From a bacterium (GTDB lineage Bacteria > JAJRZV01): DNA of 64,000 nucleotides. The position numbers were made by a program, and so were the translations under genes. The stretch spans positions 159 to 64,158 of the forward strand of contig JAJRZV010000047.1 in NCBI GenBank assembly GCA_024275095.1, written 5' to 3'. The notes under the pieces were generated by a model. The model did not search any database. It was given only the letters and a program-made list of their open reading frames with translations, and had not been told where the DNA came from. Numbering within the stretch: the first letter of the stretch is position 1; each line of letters opens with the position of its first letter. Below, one piece after another: positions 20,824-29,577 of this stretch.

Positions 20824-20928
20824 CAGAAACCAGGGATAGGGCGGGTGGGAAACATAAATAAGGCGCGCGTGCTGCCTGCGCGCCAGAAACCAGGGATAGG
20901 GCGGGTGGGAAATATAAAGTAAGGAGGT
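20824..20928 (+). repeat. Tandem 60-bp repeat: G-quadruplex motif - hairpin - G-quadruplex motif - SD
   Basis: GGGATAGGGCGGGTGGG at 20833-20849 and 20893-20909; hairpin GGCGCGC-N9-GCGCGCC 20862-20884; AAGGAGGT 20921-20928. Confidence 0.9.
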
Positions 20929-20934
20929 GCCACC

Positions 20935-22128
20935 ATGAGGCGTGTTGCCGTTGTTGGAACAGGATATCCCAAACATAAATCGCGCTGGGAGGAGGAGGGC
21001 CTTACGGGACTGGTTTACCTTGCTGCAACAGAAGCCCTTGAAGATGCAGGACTGGAACCTGCTGACATAGAAGCGGTTGTATACGGCAGTTCACCCGAGC
21101 TGTTAACAGGGATCAATCATCCTGAAAAATGGTGTTCAGAAGCATCCTTCTCCGTGGGCAAACCTCAATTTCGAATTCACACCGGAGGAACAGTCGGTGC
21201 TTCAACTGGAATTGCCGCTTTTTATTTTGTGGCATCCGGCATGTTTGACATCGTCCTTGCTGTTACAGGGGATAAAAATTCGGAATCTCCGGTGCAGTAT
21301 GGTTTATCCACTGTGTACGATCCCATTATCGGACGTCAATTTGCGTGCGGGGCACCGTCAGCGGTTGCTCTTCAAGCTCTGGAGTACATGTACAAATTTG
21401 GTGCCACTGAAGAACACGGTGCCAAAATTGCTGTAAAAAATCGCATCAACGCGCTTCGCAACCCCAAGGCGCACCTTCATATAGAAGGAATTAATTTGGA
21501 GATGGTACGCAATTCGCCCATGATCGCATCTCCCATCCGGCTGCTCGATGCATGTCCGGCATCGGATGGTGCTGCTGCCATGATATTCGTCAGTGAAGAA
21601 GTAGCAAAGAAACTCAGCGCTCCCAAGGCATGGGTAAACGGAGTTTCTGCTGTAACAGAAGGGGTCATGTATGTGGACCGTGACATGACAGACCCCATCG
21701 CGCTCAAGAAGGCGGCAAAGACAGCTTACACTCAAGCCGGCGTCACAAATCCATTTAAGGAAATTGATGTTGCGGAACTATACGAAGCATTTTCTTATCA
21801 GGAAATGATCTGGTACGAAGGCCTGGGGTTCTGTGAAAGGGGTGAGGGGATGAAACTCATTGATGAAGGCTCAACGTTCATGAAAGGTATTGACTACGGA
21901 TTTGAAACACCAAGGGCTGGAGAACTGCCGGTTAACCCATCTGGAGGAGTTCTATCATCCAACAACATTGGTTCAACTGCCATGATCCGTCAAATAGAAG
22001 CTTCCATGCAGGTGAGAGACAAAGCAGGCGAACATCAGGTTGACGGAGCCAGAGTGGCTCTTGCACACGGATGGGGTGGAGGCATTCAGTTTCACACGGT
22101 AATGATACTCGGTCGCGAACCGGCATAG
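20935..22128 (+). CDS. Thiolase-fold (SCP-x type) protein, Ltp3-like
   Basis: RIHTGGTVGASTG, NPKAHLH, CPASDGAAA, LPVNPSGGVLSSNNIG, ALAHGWGG. Confidence 0.9.
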   Translation: MRRVAVVGTGYPKHKSRWEEEGLTGLVYLAATEALEDAGLEPADIEAVVYGSSPELLTGINHPEKWCSEASFSVGKPQFRIHTGGTVGASTGIAAFYFVASGMFDIVLAVTGDKNSESPVQYGLSTVYDPIIGRQFACGAPSAVALQALEYMYKFGATEEHGAKIAVKNRINALRNPKAHLHIEGINLEMVRNSPMIASPIRLLDACPASDGAAAMIFVSEEVAKKLSAPKAWVNGVSAVTEGVMYVDRDMTDPIALKKAAKTAYTQAGVTNPFKEIDVAELYEAFSYQEMIWYEGLGFCERGEGMKLIDEGSTFMKGIDYGFETPRAGELPVNPSGGVLSSNNIGSTAMIRQIEASMQVRDKAGEHQVDGARVALAHGWGGGIQFHTVMILGREPA

Positions 22129-22314
22129 TGGGGAGTGCTCGATCATTGATGACACTGGTGCAAGTACCGTGAGCACGCTAAGAAGAAATTATTACAGGTG
22201 TATGTGTCGGGATGGAAAGTAGCAGGTGCCTTAACATTCGTGCTTACCACGCACCAGAAAGACTCAGGCTCGGGTGGGTCGGGGAATATAAGAATTGCAG
22301 GGTGCGCCGGGAAA

Positions 22315-22418
22315 GAACCAGGGATAGGGCGGGCGGGAAATATAAAGTAAGGCGCGCGTGCTGCCTGCGCGCCAGAAATCAGGGATAGGGCGGGCGGGAA
22401 ATATAAAGTTAAGGAGGT
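22315..22418 (+). repeat. Second copy of the G4-hairpin-G4-SD module
   Basis: GGGATAGGGCGGGCGGG at 22321-22337 and 22382-22398; identical hairpin 22351-22373; AAGGAGGT 22411-22418; degenerate extra unit at about 22255-22292. Confidence 0.9.
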
Positions 22419-22424
22419 GCCATC

Positions 22425-22889
22425 ATGAGTACTGATAAAATCAGCTTCGAACCCAAAGTACTCGAAGGTGAAATAAACATTCCCTATAAATGGACCACAG
22501 GTCCAGCAGCGGGAAAATTTTTGACAACTCTACGTGATGAAAGAAAAATTATAGGTCTTAAATGCTCGTCATGTGGGCGCGTCAGTGTACCTCCAGAAGA
22601 AATCTGCGGAAAGTGCCGTAAAAGGAATTCTGAATTTGTGGATATCAGTGACGAAGGCGAACTTGTCTCCTTTACTGAAGTACGCGTTCCCGTGTTCTGG
22701 CAACCGGCTGAACCTCCGTTTGTAATAGGATTCATCAAACTTGACGGTGCAGATACACTGCTTATTCACAGAATTCTCGCATCTGCTTCCTCTTTGAAAA
22801 AAGGTCTTCGTGTAAAGGCTCGCTGGAAGGAAGAGCGTGAAGGCCATATTCTCGACATAGAAGGATTTGAAATCATTCAGGAGGGGTAA
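22425..22889 (+). CDS. DUF35 Zn-ribbon/OB-fold (acyl-CoA-binding) protein
   Basis: CSSC..VPP..CGKC zinc ribbon; IKLDGADT..H. Confidence 0.9.
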   Translation: MSTDKISFEPKVLEGEINIPYKWTTGPAAGKFLTTLRDERKIIGLKCSSCGRVSVPPEEICGKCRKRNSEFVDISDEGELVSFTEVRVPVFWQPAEPPFVIGFIKLDGADTLLIHRILASASSLKKGLRVKARWKEEREGHILDIEGFEIIQEG

Positions 22890-22891
22890 AA

Positions 22892-23344
22892 ATGGCTGAG
22901 CCTGTGAAAGAAATCAAAGGTCGTTTGATTATTCCCTACAGGTGGTCTTACGGGCGTTCTCTTAGCCTGTTCTTCGAACACACACGCGTTGAAAAAAAGA
23001 TCTACGGGGCACGATGCACCAAATGTAAGAGAGTTCTTGTTCCTCCTGTGGTGGTATGCGGTAGATGTTTCGCCCCCACAGAGGAAGAATGGGTAGAAGT
23101 TGCTGACAGAGGAGAACTGATCGCGTGGACAACGGTTTATTATCCCTTTCCCGGCCAGCCCACACAGCCGCCTTACACTTATGGATATGTATTGCTTGAC
23201 GGTGCAAATACCAAATTCCCTCACCTCATCATGGAAATTGAACCGGAAAAGTTGAAACCCGGAATGCGTATGGAAGCAGTATGGAATGAGGATAGAAAGG
23301 GCGACCTTTATGATATAAAATACTTCCGACCGGAACAGAAATAA
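22892..23344 (+). CDS. DUF35 Zn-ribbon/OB-fold protein
   Basis: CTKC..VPP..CGRC; LLDGANT..H; paralog of the preceding gene. Confidence 0.9.
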   Translation: MAEPVKEIKGRLIIPYRWSYGRSLSLFFEHTRVEKKIYGARCTKCKRVLVPPVVVCGRCFAPTEEEWVEVADRGELIAWTTVYYPFPGQPTQPPYTYGYVLLDGANTKFPHLIMEIEPEKLKPGMRMEAVWNEDRKGDLYDIKYFRPEQK

Positions 23345-23418
23345 CCCACAGAGGCATAACGGTTAGAAAAAGTTCCAAACTTTACTGGTTACGTTTTGTA
23401 CTTTCTCCATTTATTTGT

Positions 23419-24120
23419 ATGTTTACGTATGCATGTGCTGTTCAATCGGTCTACATGCATCATACCGCCAGGCCCCTGGGAAAAGGTAAGGTCTCAGGGG
23501 GACTCGCTGTGGGTCTCAGCAGAGACATCACTGCTGGTTATCCCACTGACCAGGACTTTGTCCCTGACAAAAACAGTTTTCAGGCCCCGCTTATAGAAGG
23601 TTACTTTAACAAAGGTATAATATCTGCTTTTACACTCACAATGCAGATGGGTACGAGTTTGTTCGGCAGTGTCGAACTCGAAGTTGGTGGATACTATACT
23701 TTCTTGAACAGGGATCCTTATTATCTTGCAGCAGGGACCAGGCTACTCTTTGTAAGGGGAGAAAGCTCTTACACCATTAATCTCTTCGGTTCCTCCAGCA
23801 GCGAAGATAATCTCTACTACATCTATGGTGTGCGCATTCCTCTGATTTTTACAGTAGTACCTTTTTCGTGGCTTGAGTTCACTGCAGGGATACCATTTTA
23901 CCTCGACTATCTGGACGTTTATATCCGGGAAAGTGAAAGCGAAAACAGGCGATACAGGGAATTCGACTTTGCTCCGTCTCTTTACTTTTCCGTCGCTTTC
24001 AACTTTCACATTTTCCAGATAATACCGCAGGTATCAATCTTGAATATCCGCAATCCTGTGTCTGATAAACGCATGTGGATTGCCTATCCTGCTCTTACAC
24101 TGGGGGTTCGTTCACGTTAA
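23419..24120 (+). CDS. Hypothetical exported protein, probable outer-membrane beta-barrel or lipoprotein
   Basis: N-terminal Cys then TARPLGKG; alternating aromatic/hydrophobic strands; start uncertain. Confidence 0.55.
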   Translation: MFTYACAVQSVYMHHTARPLGKGKVSGGLAVGLSRDITAGYPTDQDFVPDKNSFQAPLIEGYFNKGIISAFTLTMQMGTSLFGSVELEVGGYYTFLNRDPYYLAAGTRLLFVRGESSYTINLFGSSSSEDNLYYIYGVRIPLIFTVVPFSWLEFTAGIPFYLDYLDVYIRESESENRRYREFDFAPSLYFSVAFNFHIFQIIPQVSILNIRNPVSDKRMWIAYPALTLGVRSR

Positions 24121-24333
24121 GGTAAAAAAGACAAGATTTCTGAGAGCTTCCATCCAGTTTGATGGACCCTCCATTACTCGAGACAGACAAAAGCATCAAT
24201 CAAGACACGGAAATAAACAAAACTTAAAAACCAACACAGGCTTCAGAGTTTCAAAAATACTTGACTCTTGACTTTTGCAAAACAAGGAACCAAAATATTT
24301 AGGACTTCAAACAAATTTTAAGGAGGTGTCAAG

Positions 24334-25602
24334 GTGAAAGGGAAATTGGAAATACTCGCTACCGCCGTTATCCTTTGCTTTACAGTCACAAGCAGTTCCG
24401 CCCACGCTGATAAATGCGTGAAATGTCATTCTAAAGTAACCCCCAAAATCGTATCTGACTGGAAACTCAGCAAACACTTTCAAAACGACGTCTCATGCAG
24501 TGAATGCCACGGTTCCAGGCACAAAAAAGGCAAAAAAGATGCCCACAAAGTTCGCATACCCACACCCGAGACATGCGCCTCCTGCCATGAAGAACGCGTT
24601 AAAGAATTCAAAGCAGGAAAACATGCGTATGCATGGGCAGCCATGAAAGCCATGCCCACAGCTCACCGGCAACCCATGGCACTCATGGACGGCATGAAGG
24701 GCTGTGGGGGATGCCACAAGATCGGTCTGAAAACAGAGAAAGAAATCAACGAACTCAAAAGGCAGGGCCAAAAATTCGGCATAGCATCATGCGATGCCTG
24801 CCACACGCGTCACCTTTTCAGCGTCAAAGAGGCAAAACAGCCTCAGGCCTGTCAGACGTGCCACATGGGCTTCGATCATCCTCAATGGGAAATGTATTCC
24901 TCATCCAAGCACGGTGTGCGTTATCTTCTGAAGCAGGATGGGATACTGCCTTCCGACGCAGCCGCCCCTACATGCCAGACATGCCACATGCAGGACGGTA
25001 ACCATGAAGTGCGCACCGCATGGGGATTCCTCGCTGTCAGGTTGCCACTTCCTGAAGATGAACAATGGAAGAAAGATCGAATCACAATCCTGCAGGCACT
25101 CGGCGTGCTTGATCCTCAGGGCAAACCCACAAAACGCCTGGAGGTGGTCAAAGCAGCAGACGTGGCTCGCCTCGACGAAGCCTCATGGCAGAAGGAACGT
25201 GACAAAATGATCAAAACGTGCAGTCAGTGCCATTCTCCTAAATTCGCCAGGAAAGAACTGGAAAAAGGCGACGAAATGATTAAACAGGCAGACCGGCTCA
25301 TGGCAGAAGCCATTCGCATAGTAGCCGATCTCTACCAGAAGGGCTATCTTAAGAAACCGGCCAGCTATCCTTACCCTTTTCCCGATATTCTTACCTTCCA
25401 CGATGCACCCACGGTCATTGAACAAAAGCTTTTCAAAATGTTCTTAAAACACCGCATGCGCACCTTCCAGGGAACATTCCACATGAATCCCGACTACGCC
25501 CTGTGGTACGGATGGAGTGAAATGAAACAGGACCTCACGGAAATCAAGGAACTTGCCGAAGAAATCAAAGCCAGAGCGAAACACGAGAAACATCACAAGT
25601 AA
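24334..25602 (+). CDS. Octaheme cytochrome c, hydroxylamine-oxidoreductase-like
   Basis: Signal peptide; 8 CxxCH motifs; HAO-type CHTRH.F, CHMGFDHPQWEMY..SKHG, HMNPDY. Confidence 0.9.
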   Translation: MKGKLEILATAVILCFTVTSSSAHADKCVKCHSKVTPKIVSDWKLSKHFQNDVSCSECHGSRHKKGKKDAHKVRIPTPETCASCHEERVKEFKAGKHAYAWAAMKAMPTAHRQPMALMDGMKGCGGCHKIGLKTEKEINELKRQGQKFGIASCDACHTRHLFSVKEAKQPQACQTCHMGFDHPQWEMYSSSKHGVRYLLKQDGILPSDAAAPTCQTCHMQDGNHEVRTAWGFLAVRLPLPEDEQWKKDRITILQALGVLDPQGKPTKRLEVVKAADVARLDEASWQKERDKMIKTCSQCHSPKFARKELEKGDEMIKQADRLMAEAIRIVADLYQKGYLKKPASYPYPFPDILTFHDAPTVIEQKLFKMFLKHRMRTFQGTFHMNPDYALWYGWSEMKQDLTEIKELAEEIKARAKHEKHHK

Positions 25603-25620
25603 TCAGGTACAAGCTACCCC

Positions 25621-25646
25621 AGAGGGGGCACATGCCCCCTCTTTTC
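25621..25646 (+). terminator. Rho-independent terminator
   Basis: AGAGGGGGC-ACAT-GCCCCCTCT followed by TTT, between convergent genes. Confidence 0.75.
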
Positions 25647-25647
25647 C

Positions 25648-26721
25648 TTACAAACCGTGATAACGCGCCAGCCTGCGCAGGGCCTGGAGCTTTTCACTCT
25701 GTCCCAGTCGTGCCAGCTTTACAGCACGCTCCAACGCCTCGATGGTTCCGTCATAAGTCTTGCGATCTACCGGATAAGGCGTACCATCCTTGCCTCCATG
25801 AGCAAACGAGTAAAGAAACGGATCTTTGTAGGCTGGCTCTGCTCCGTAAATTATCTCTGCCCCAAGTGTCAGTGCACGTAATGATTTCGCTCCCAATCCG
25901 GGAGTCAGCAAAAGGTCTTCAAAAGTCGTGGGCGGCCTCTCATAGGTGCGCTCCAGAATTCTAACCACGTTCTTTTTCTGCACATCCCTTGCTATTTGAA
26001 GTGTATGACGTCCTGGAAGTGTCAAAACTTCCCGAACGATCCTTGAGGGATGCTCACGTACAATTTCCATTACAGCATCACGGGCATCACGGGATTCTCT
26101 ATGAACCAGATTGAGCGGTCTTTGTGCCGGTGCTTCCGCTACAACACCAGCGTGAGGCTCATTGCTGAAGTCTTCGAGTTCACAGGAGAGCCAGTGATAG
26201 CGGCGTGCATAACGTGTTCGAGGATTCATGCCCTGCTGCACCACCGCCCAATGCCCGCTCGTCGTCACCCAGAAGGTGTGATGGTAAATCTGATATCCGT
26301 CTTGAAGTGCATTGTTATCTATACGGGCAGTCAGCCTGCTAATACGAACGAACTTTTCAGCATTTAATCCGGTCTTCTCCCCGATCCTGAAAAGTTCCTC
26401 CGGCGTCCGCCTGGAAGCAGCACCCTTGCCCCCGGCACAAAAAAGACCGAGAAAGGGCCTTTTCCTGAGAGCCTCTTTCAGAGCCCCTGTTGTGGTTGTT
26501 GTAACACCTGACGAATGCCAGTCAAAACCCAGCACACATCCCAGGGACTGGAACCATACAGGATGAGCAATCCGGCGCAGGCATTCCTCCGGCCCAAACT
26601 CATCTACCAGCACCTCCAGTACGGCCCCGGCCAGCTTCACCATTCGCTCCCACAACCAGCGAGGTGCATGGCCGGTATGAAGCGGGAGTTCAACAGCGCG
26701 CCTGGAAAAATCAACACTCAT
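25648..26721 (-). CDS. DUF763 domain-containing protein
   Basis: LPLHTGHAPRWL, WFQSLGCVLGFDWHSSGVTT, QDGYQIYHH, SFAHGGKDG.PYPV. Confidence 0.9.
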   Translation of the reverse strand: MSVDFSRRAVELPLHTGHAPRWLWERMVKLAGAVLEVLVDEFGPEECLRRIAHPVWFQSLGCVLGFDWHSSGVTTTTTGALKEALRKRPFLGLFCAGGKGAASRRTPEELFRIGEKTGLNAEKFVRISRLTARIDNNALQDGYQIYHHTFWVTTSGHWAVVQQGMNPRTRYARRYHWLSCELEDFSNEPHAGVVAEAPAQRPLNLVHRESRDARDAVMEIVREHPSRIVREVLTLPGRHTLQIARDVQKKNVVRILERTYERPPTTFEDLLLTPGLGAKSLRALTLGAEIIYGAEPAYKDPFLYSFAHGGKDGTPYPVDRKTYDGTIEALERAVKLARLGQSEKLQALRRLARYHGL

Positions 26722-27084
26722 CGTACTATTGCAATATTAATTCACACACTCTTCATTTTAAAGCATTCGCTCCTTCTTTGAACCGCGATCACTGTGAAAA
26801 AAATAGCCACGCAGAGGCCTCGGATTCTCGAGTATTTGTTGGTATATAAAACAAAAATCTTTTTCTATCCGTTCAGAACAAAAAAGATGAACTAAATGCT
26901 TGTGCTTCAATGCAAATTACGATATATTAAGTTTGTAATATTAAGAAATGATCTAATGAGAGGTGCACTTCGGATCCAAGCGGGGGAGTTAACTTCTATG
27001 GAACGCGAACCGTTAACGTATAAAAAATCTCTGTGGAGCAAATCTTTATCCGAACCAGAACATTGGCTGCCCCCCTCCTTACGT

Positions 27085-27182
27085 GGCGCCCGCACAGGCC
27101 GGCAAACGCATCCCGGTATGTCGTCCCTCCAAATTACCGGGCCCCTACCTTCCGCAGCCCCTGATATGCCGGCCTGGGCGCC
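27085..27182 (-). ncRNA. Candidate structured RNA (nested GC stems), family unknown; strand tentative
   Basis: GGCGCCC/GGGCGCC, AGGCCGGCA/TGCCGGCCT and CCCGGTA/TACCGGG nested inverted repeats in an intergenic gap. Confidence 0.45.
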
Positions 27183-27316
27183 TTTAAAGCCGAGCCGTCA
27201 AACCAGACTCTTTCCCCTTCATTACATTGACATGGTGTGCCCACTTCCACGATTGTCATTGGTCCTGTCTCAGGACTTATCTGCAACAGCAAACACTTCC
27301 ACACAATTACAGGGAA

Positions 27317-28134
27317 TCAGGCTTTTATAATACACAGGACACCTGCGAAGATAAGGACGCCTGCTATTAAGCGGCGCATTGCGTTTTCCTTTTCTCCGGC
27401 AATAAAGTAGCTGAACACAAAACCGAAGAGAAGATTTGTTCTGATAAGTGGATTGACCTTGGTGATAGGAGCCAGCGAGATGGCAGTGTAGTTGAGCACA
27501 CTGGCAGCAAACGATAGAAAAGATAAGGGTGCAGTTGCAAAAACTTTATCGCGGGAAAAAGGCGGTTCTTCTACCATACCTCTCAATCTCATGATAACGT
27601 AAATAAAAGTACTCGCTGTGACAAAAGAAATAAGGGGATACACCAGCGGAGAACCCATCCTCAGCGCGCTTTTGGCAATAATGCCACTCAATGCCGAAGC
27701 AAAAGCACAGTAGAGGCCGTGAGGCATGAACCGGCCCAGGCGGTAAAAAATCACTCCACCTGCAGACGTAAGGAATATTCCAGCGACGAGCAAAAAATTT
27801 ACTTTTTCCTGAAGTATCCCTGGAGCCATCAAAAGAACAAAAAGAGGCGAAAGTCCGGTCAGGCTGTAGGTGGAATAATAATCACGACGTACCCCGGCAA
27901 AGAAGACAAAAATGCGTATTCCTTCGTTCAATCCAGCGATTACACCCAGTAAATAAAACTGTACAGGCACCCTGGAGTCGAAGGCATATATTGCCAATGG
28001 TACAAAAAAAGCGCTACCATCCCTCGGAAAAGGAGCGTGAGGTTGAGAGGATGAATCCACTCCAGGCGCGACTTGCTCATGGAAGACCACATGGCATTGA
28101 AAAACGCTGCCGTTAGAACAAGTCCCGCCCACAT
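27317..28134 (-). pseudogene. EamA/DMT family transporter, frameshifted at a homopolymer (true pseudogene or sequencing error)
   Basis: N-terminus MWAGLVLTAAFFNAMWSSMSK (start 28134) and the remainder FVPLAIY...APITKVNPLIRTNLLFG..IAGEK are in different frames; the join is at A7 28004-28010. Confidence 0.8.
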
Positions 28135-28339
28135 GGAAAAACATTTTGGTATCAGCAGTGTGGCCTAAGCAAACAAAAGAAGCACCGGGACTCACGTCGA
28201 ATTTCACGTTCCACGCAAACTTCATGTACGCATTTGCTCACGGGTGTTTGACACAGAGACCGTGATTTGAAATGCAAAACCTTTACTACCCGAGAAAAAA
28301 AAAGGGTGATAAACTTAAAACGTTTTCTCAGGAGGAAAA

Positions 28340-29563
28340 ATGACAGGCAAAAGCAACAGGCTGTTAAAAATCAGTATTAAGACGTTTATTTTTGTAATTG
28401 CCGCAGCGTGTTCCTCACAGAAAGAGATTTCTGCTGTACGCATCACAATAAAGCCTGCTGAAAAAAAAGAAGTAACGCTTCGTATTCCCGGGTATGCAAC
28501 AGCCCGTATCATCTTTCCCGAAGGCACGGTGGAAAAAGACACGGTCCTTAACGTAGAACTGAATGACACGAAAATTACTGTGCCAGGATTCAAAGTGTAT
28601 CCCGTGTCTTTGTCGATCAGTCCTCATATGTACAGTCCTCTCGGATTTATTAAACCTTTTTCCGTAACCCTTAATATAAATGGGTCAGAAGCACCCTCCT
28701 CAGTTACGGGTGTACTTGGTATTGTTTTAGAATCCAGTAATATAGTTGTGCCATTTGCCTATTTTCCAGGAGAGAGAGAAGGCACCACGATTTCATGGTC
28801 TTCTCATGTGCCGGGGCGCTATTACCCGGTAGAAAAAGCTTTCAGCGGAAATATCCGGTGCGTTGCAGGAGTTACGCAAAAGGAAGATTACAAATGGTCT
28901 GTAAAGGATACCTCCGGCGCAACCCAGATGACACTTGAATCTTTACCGTTCGCTGCACCTGTAACCGGAATATTCTGTGGAGCACCACCCACTTCCGAAC
29001 CTTTCTCTACTACATACCAACTACTTTACTACCTCTCACCCCTCATACCTTACGCCAACGTCATGTACGTGGGCTTTCAAAATGCACTCACATACCGATT
29101 CACCGCAGGAATTACCGCCGCTGGCTTAGAAGACACAAGTTTACTTTTACAGGAATTGCTTAACGCCTCACCAACCATTTTTCCCGTATACCATACAACC
29201 GGCGAGAACTTCTGTAGTTCAATTACGTCATCAAGCGTGCAGGTAATTTTTGTAAGGTTTTACCACACCAACGGCATTGTCCAGATGCCGGTAATTGTAC
29301 ACAGGGATTTTGAAACGTGTTCTCAGCTACCCGGATACTCCCGGCTTATCGAAAAAGCCAACGCACTGTACCAGGCAGTACAGACGTCCCCTGCATGGAC
29401 CACAACATCTCCTGGATATTTAAAATGTACGGATGCATCTGCCTGCTCGGTTAAAGATAACCTGTGTATTGCAGGTGAAACAAACGGGCCGACTTTTGTC
29501 CCTGTGTCATGTCCAGACTGTACCTGTACCTGTATCATGGGCAGCTGTGACTGGAGTTTTTAA
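28340..29563 (+). CDS. Hypothetical lipoprotein with Cys-rich C-terminus
   Basis: Lipobox IAAAC; C-terminal C..C..C..CPDCTCTCIMGSC. Confidence 0.7.
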   Translation: MTGKSNRLLKISIKTFIFVIAAACSSQKEISAVRITIKPAEKKEVTLRIPGYATARIIFPEGTVEKDTVLNVELNDTKITVPGFKVYPVSLSISPHMYSPLGFIKPFSVTLNINGSEAPSSVTGVLGIVLESSNIVVPFAYFPGEREGTTISWSSHVPGRYYPVEKAFSGNIRCVAGVTQKEDYKWSVKDTSGATQMTLESLPFAAPVTGIFCGAPPTSEPFSTTYQLLYYLSPLIPYANVMYVGFQNALTYRFTAGITAAGLEDTSLLLQELLNASPTIFPVYHTTGENFCSSITSSSVQVIFVRFYHTNGIVQMPVIVHRDFETCSQLPGYSRLIEKANALYQAVQTSPAWTTTSPGYLKCTDASACSVKDNLCIAGETNGPTFVPVSCPDCTCTCIMGSCDWSF

Positions 29564-29577
29564 AAACCGGGGGCGAG

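Noticed and set aside
20929-20937. Perfect Kozak GCCACCATG suggesting a eukaryotic or synthetic origin
   Set aside because: It follows a bacterial SD; the second copy is GCCATCATG and similar GCC/CACC-ATG contexts occur at other starts in the window
20824-22418. CRISPR array interpretation of the repeats
   Set aside because: Only two units per site, identical spacers, and no cas genes in the window
27085-27182. SRP RNA, 6S RNA, SAM-I or ZTP riboswitch identity
   Set aside because: Only short words (GGAAG, GGAGGGAC, CCTGGGC) match; the required order and helices are missing
26896-27330. 144-aa plus-strand ORF
   Set aside because: No SD or motifs; it spans the structured GC element and looks like non-coding translation
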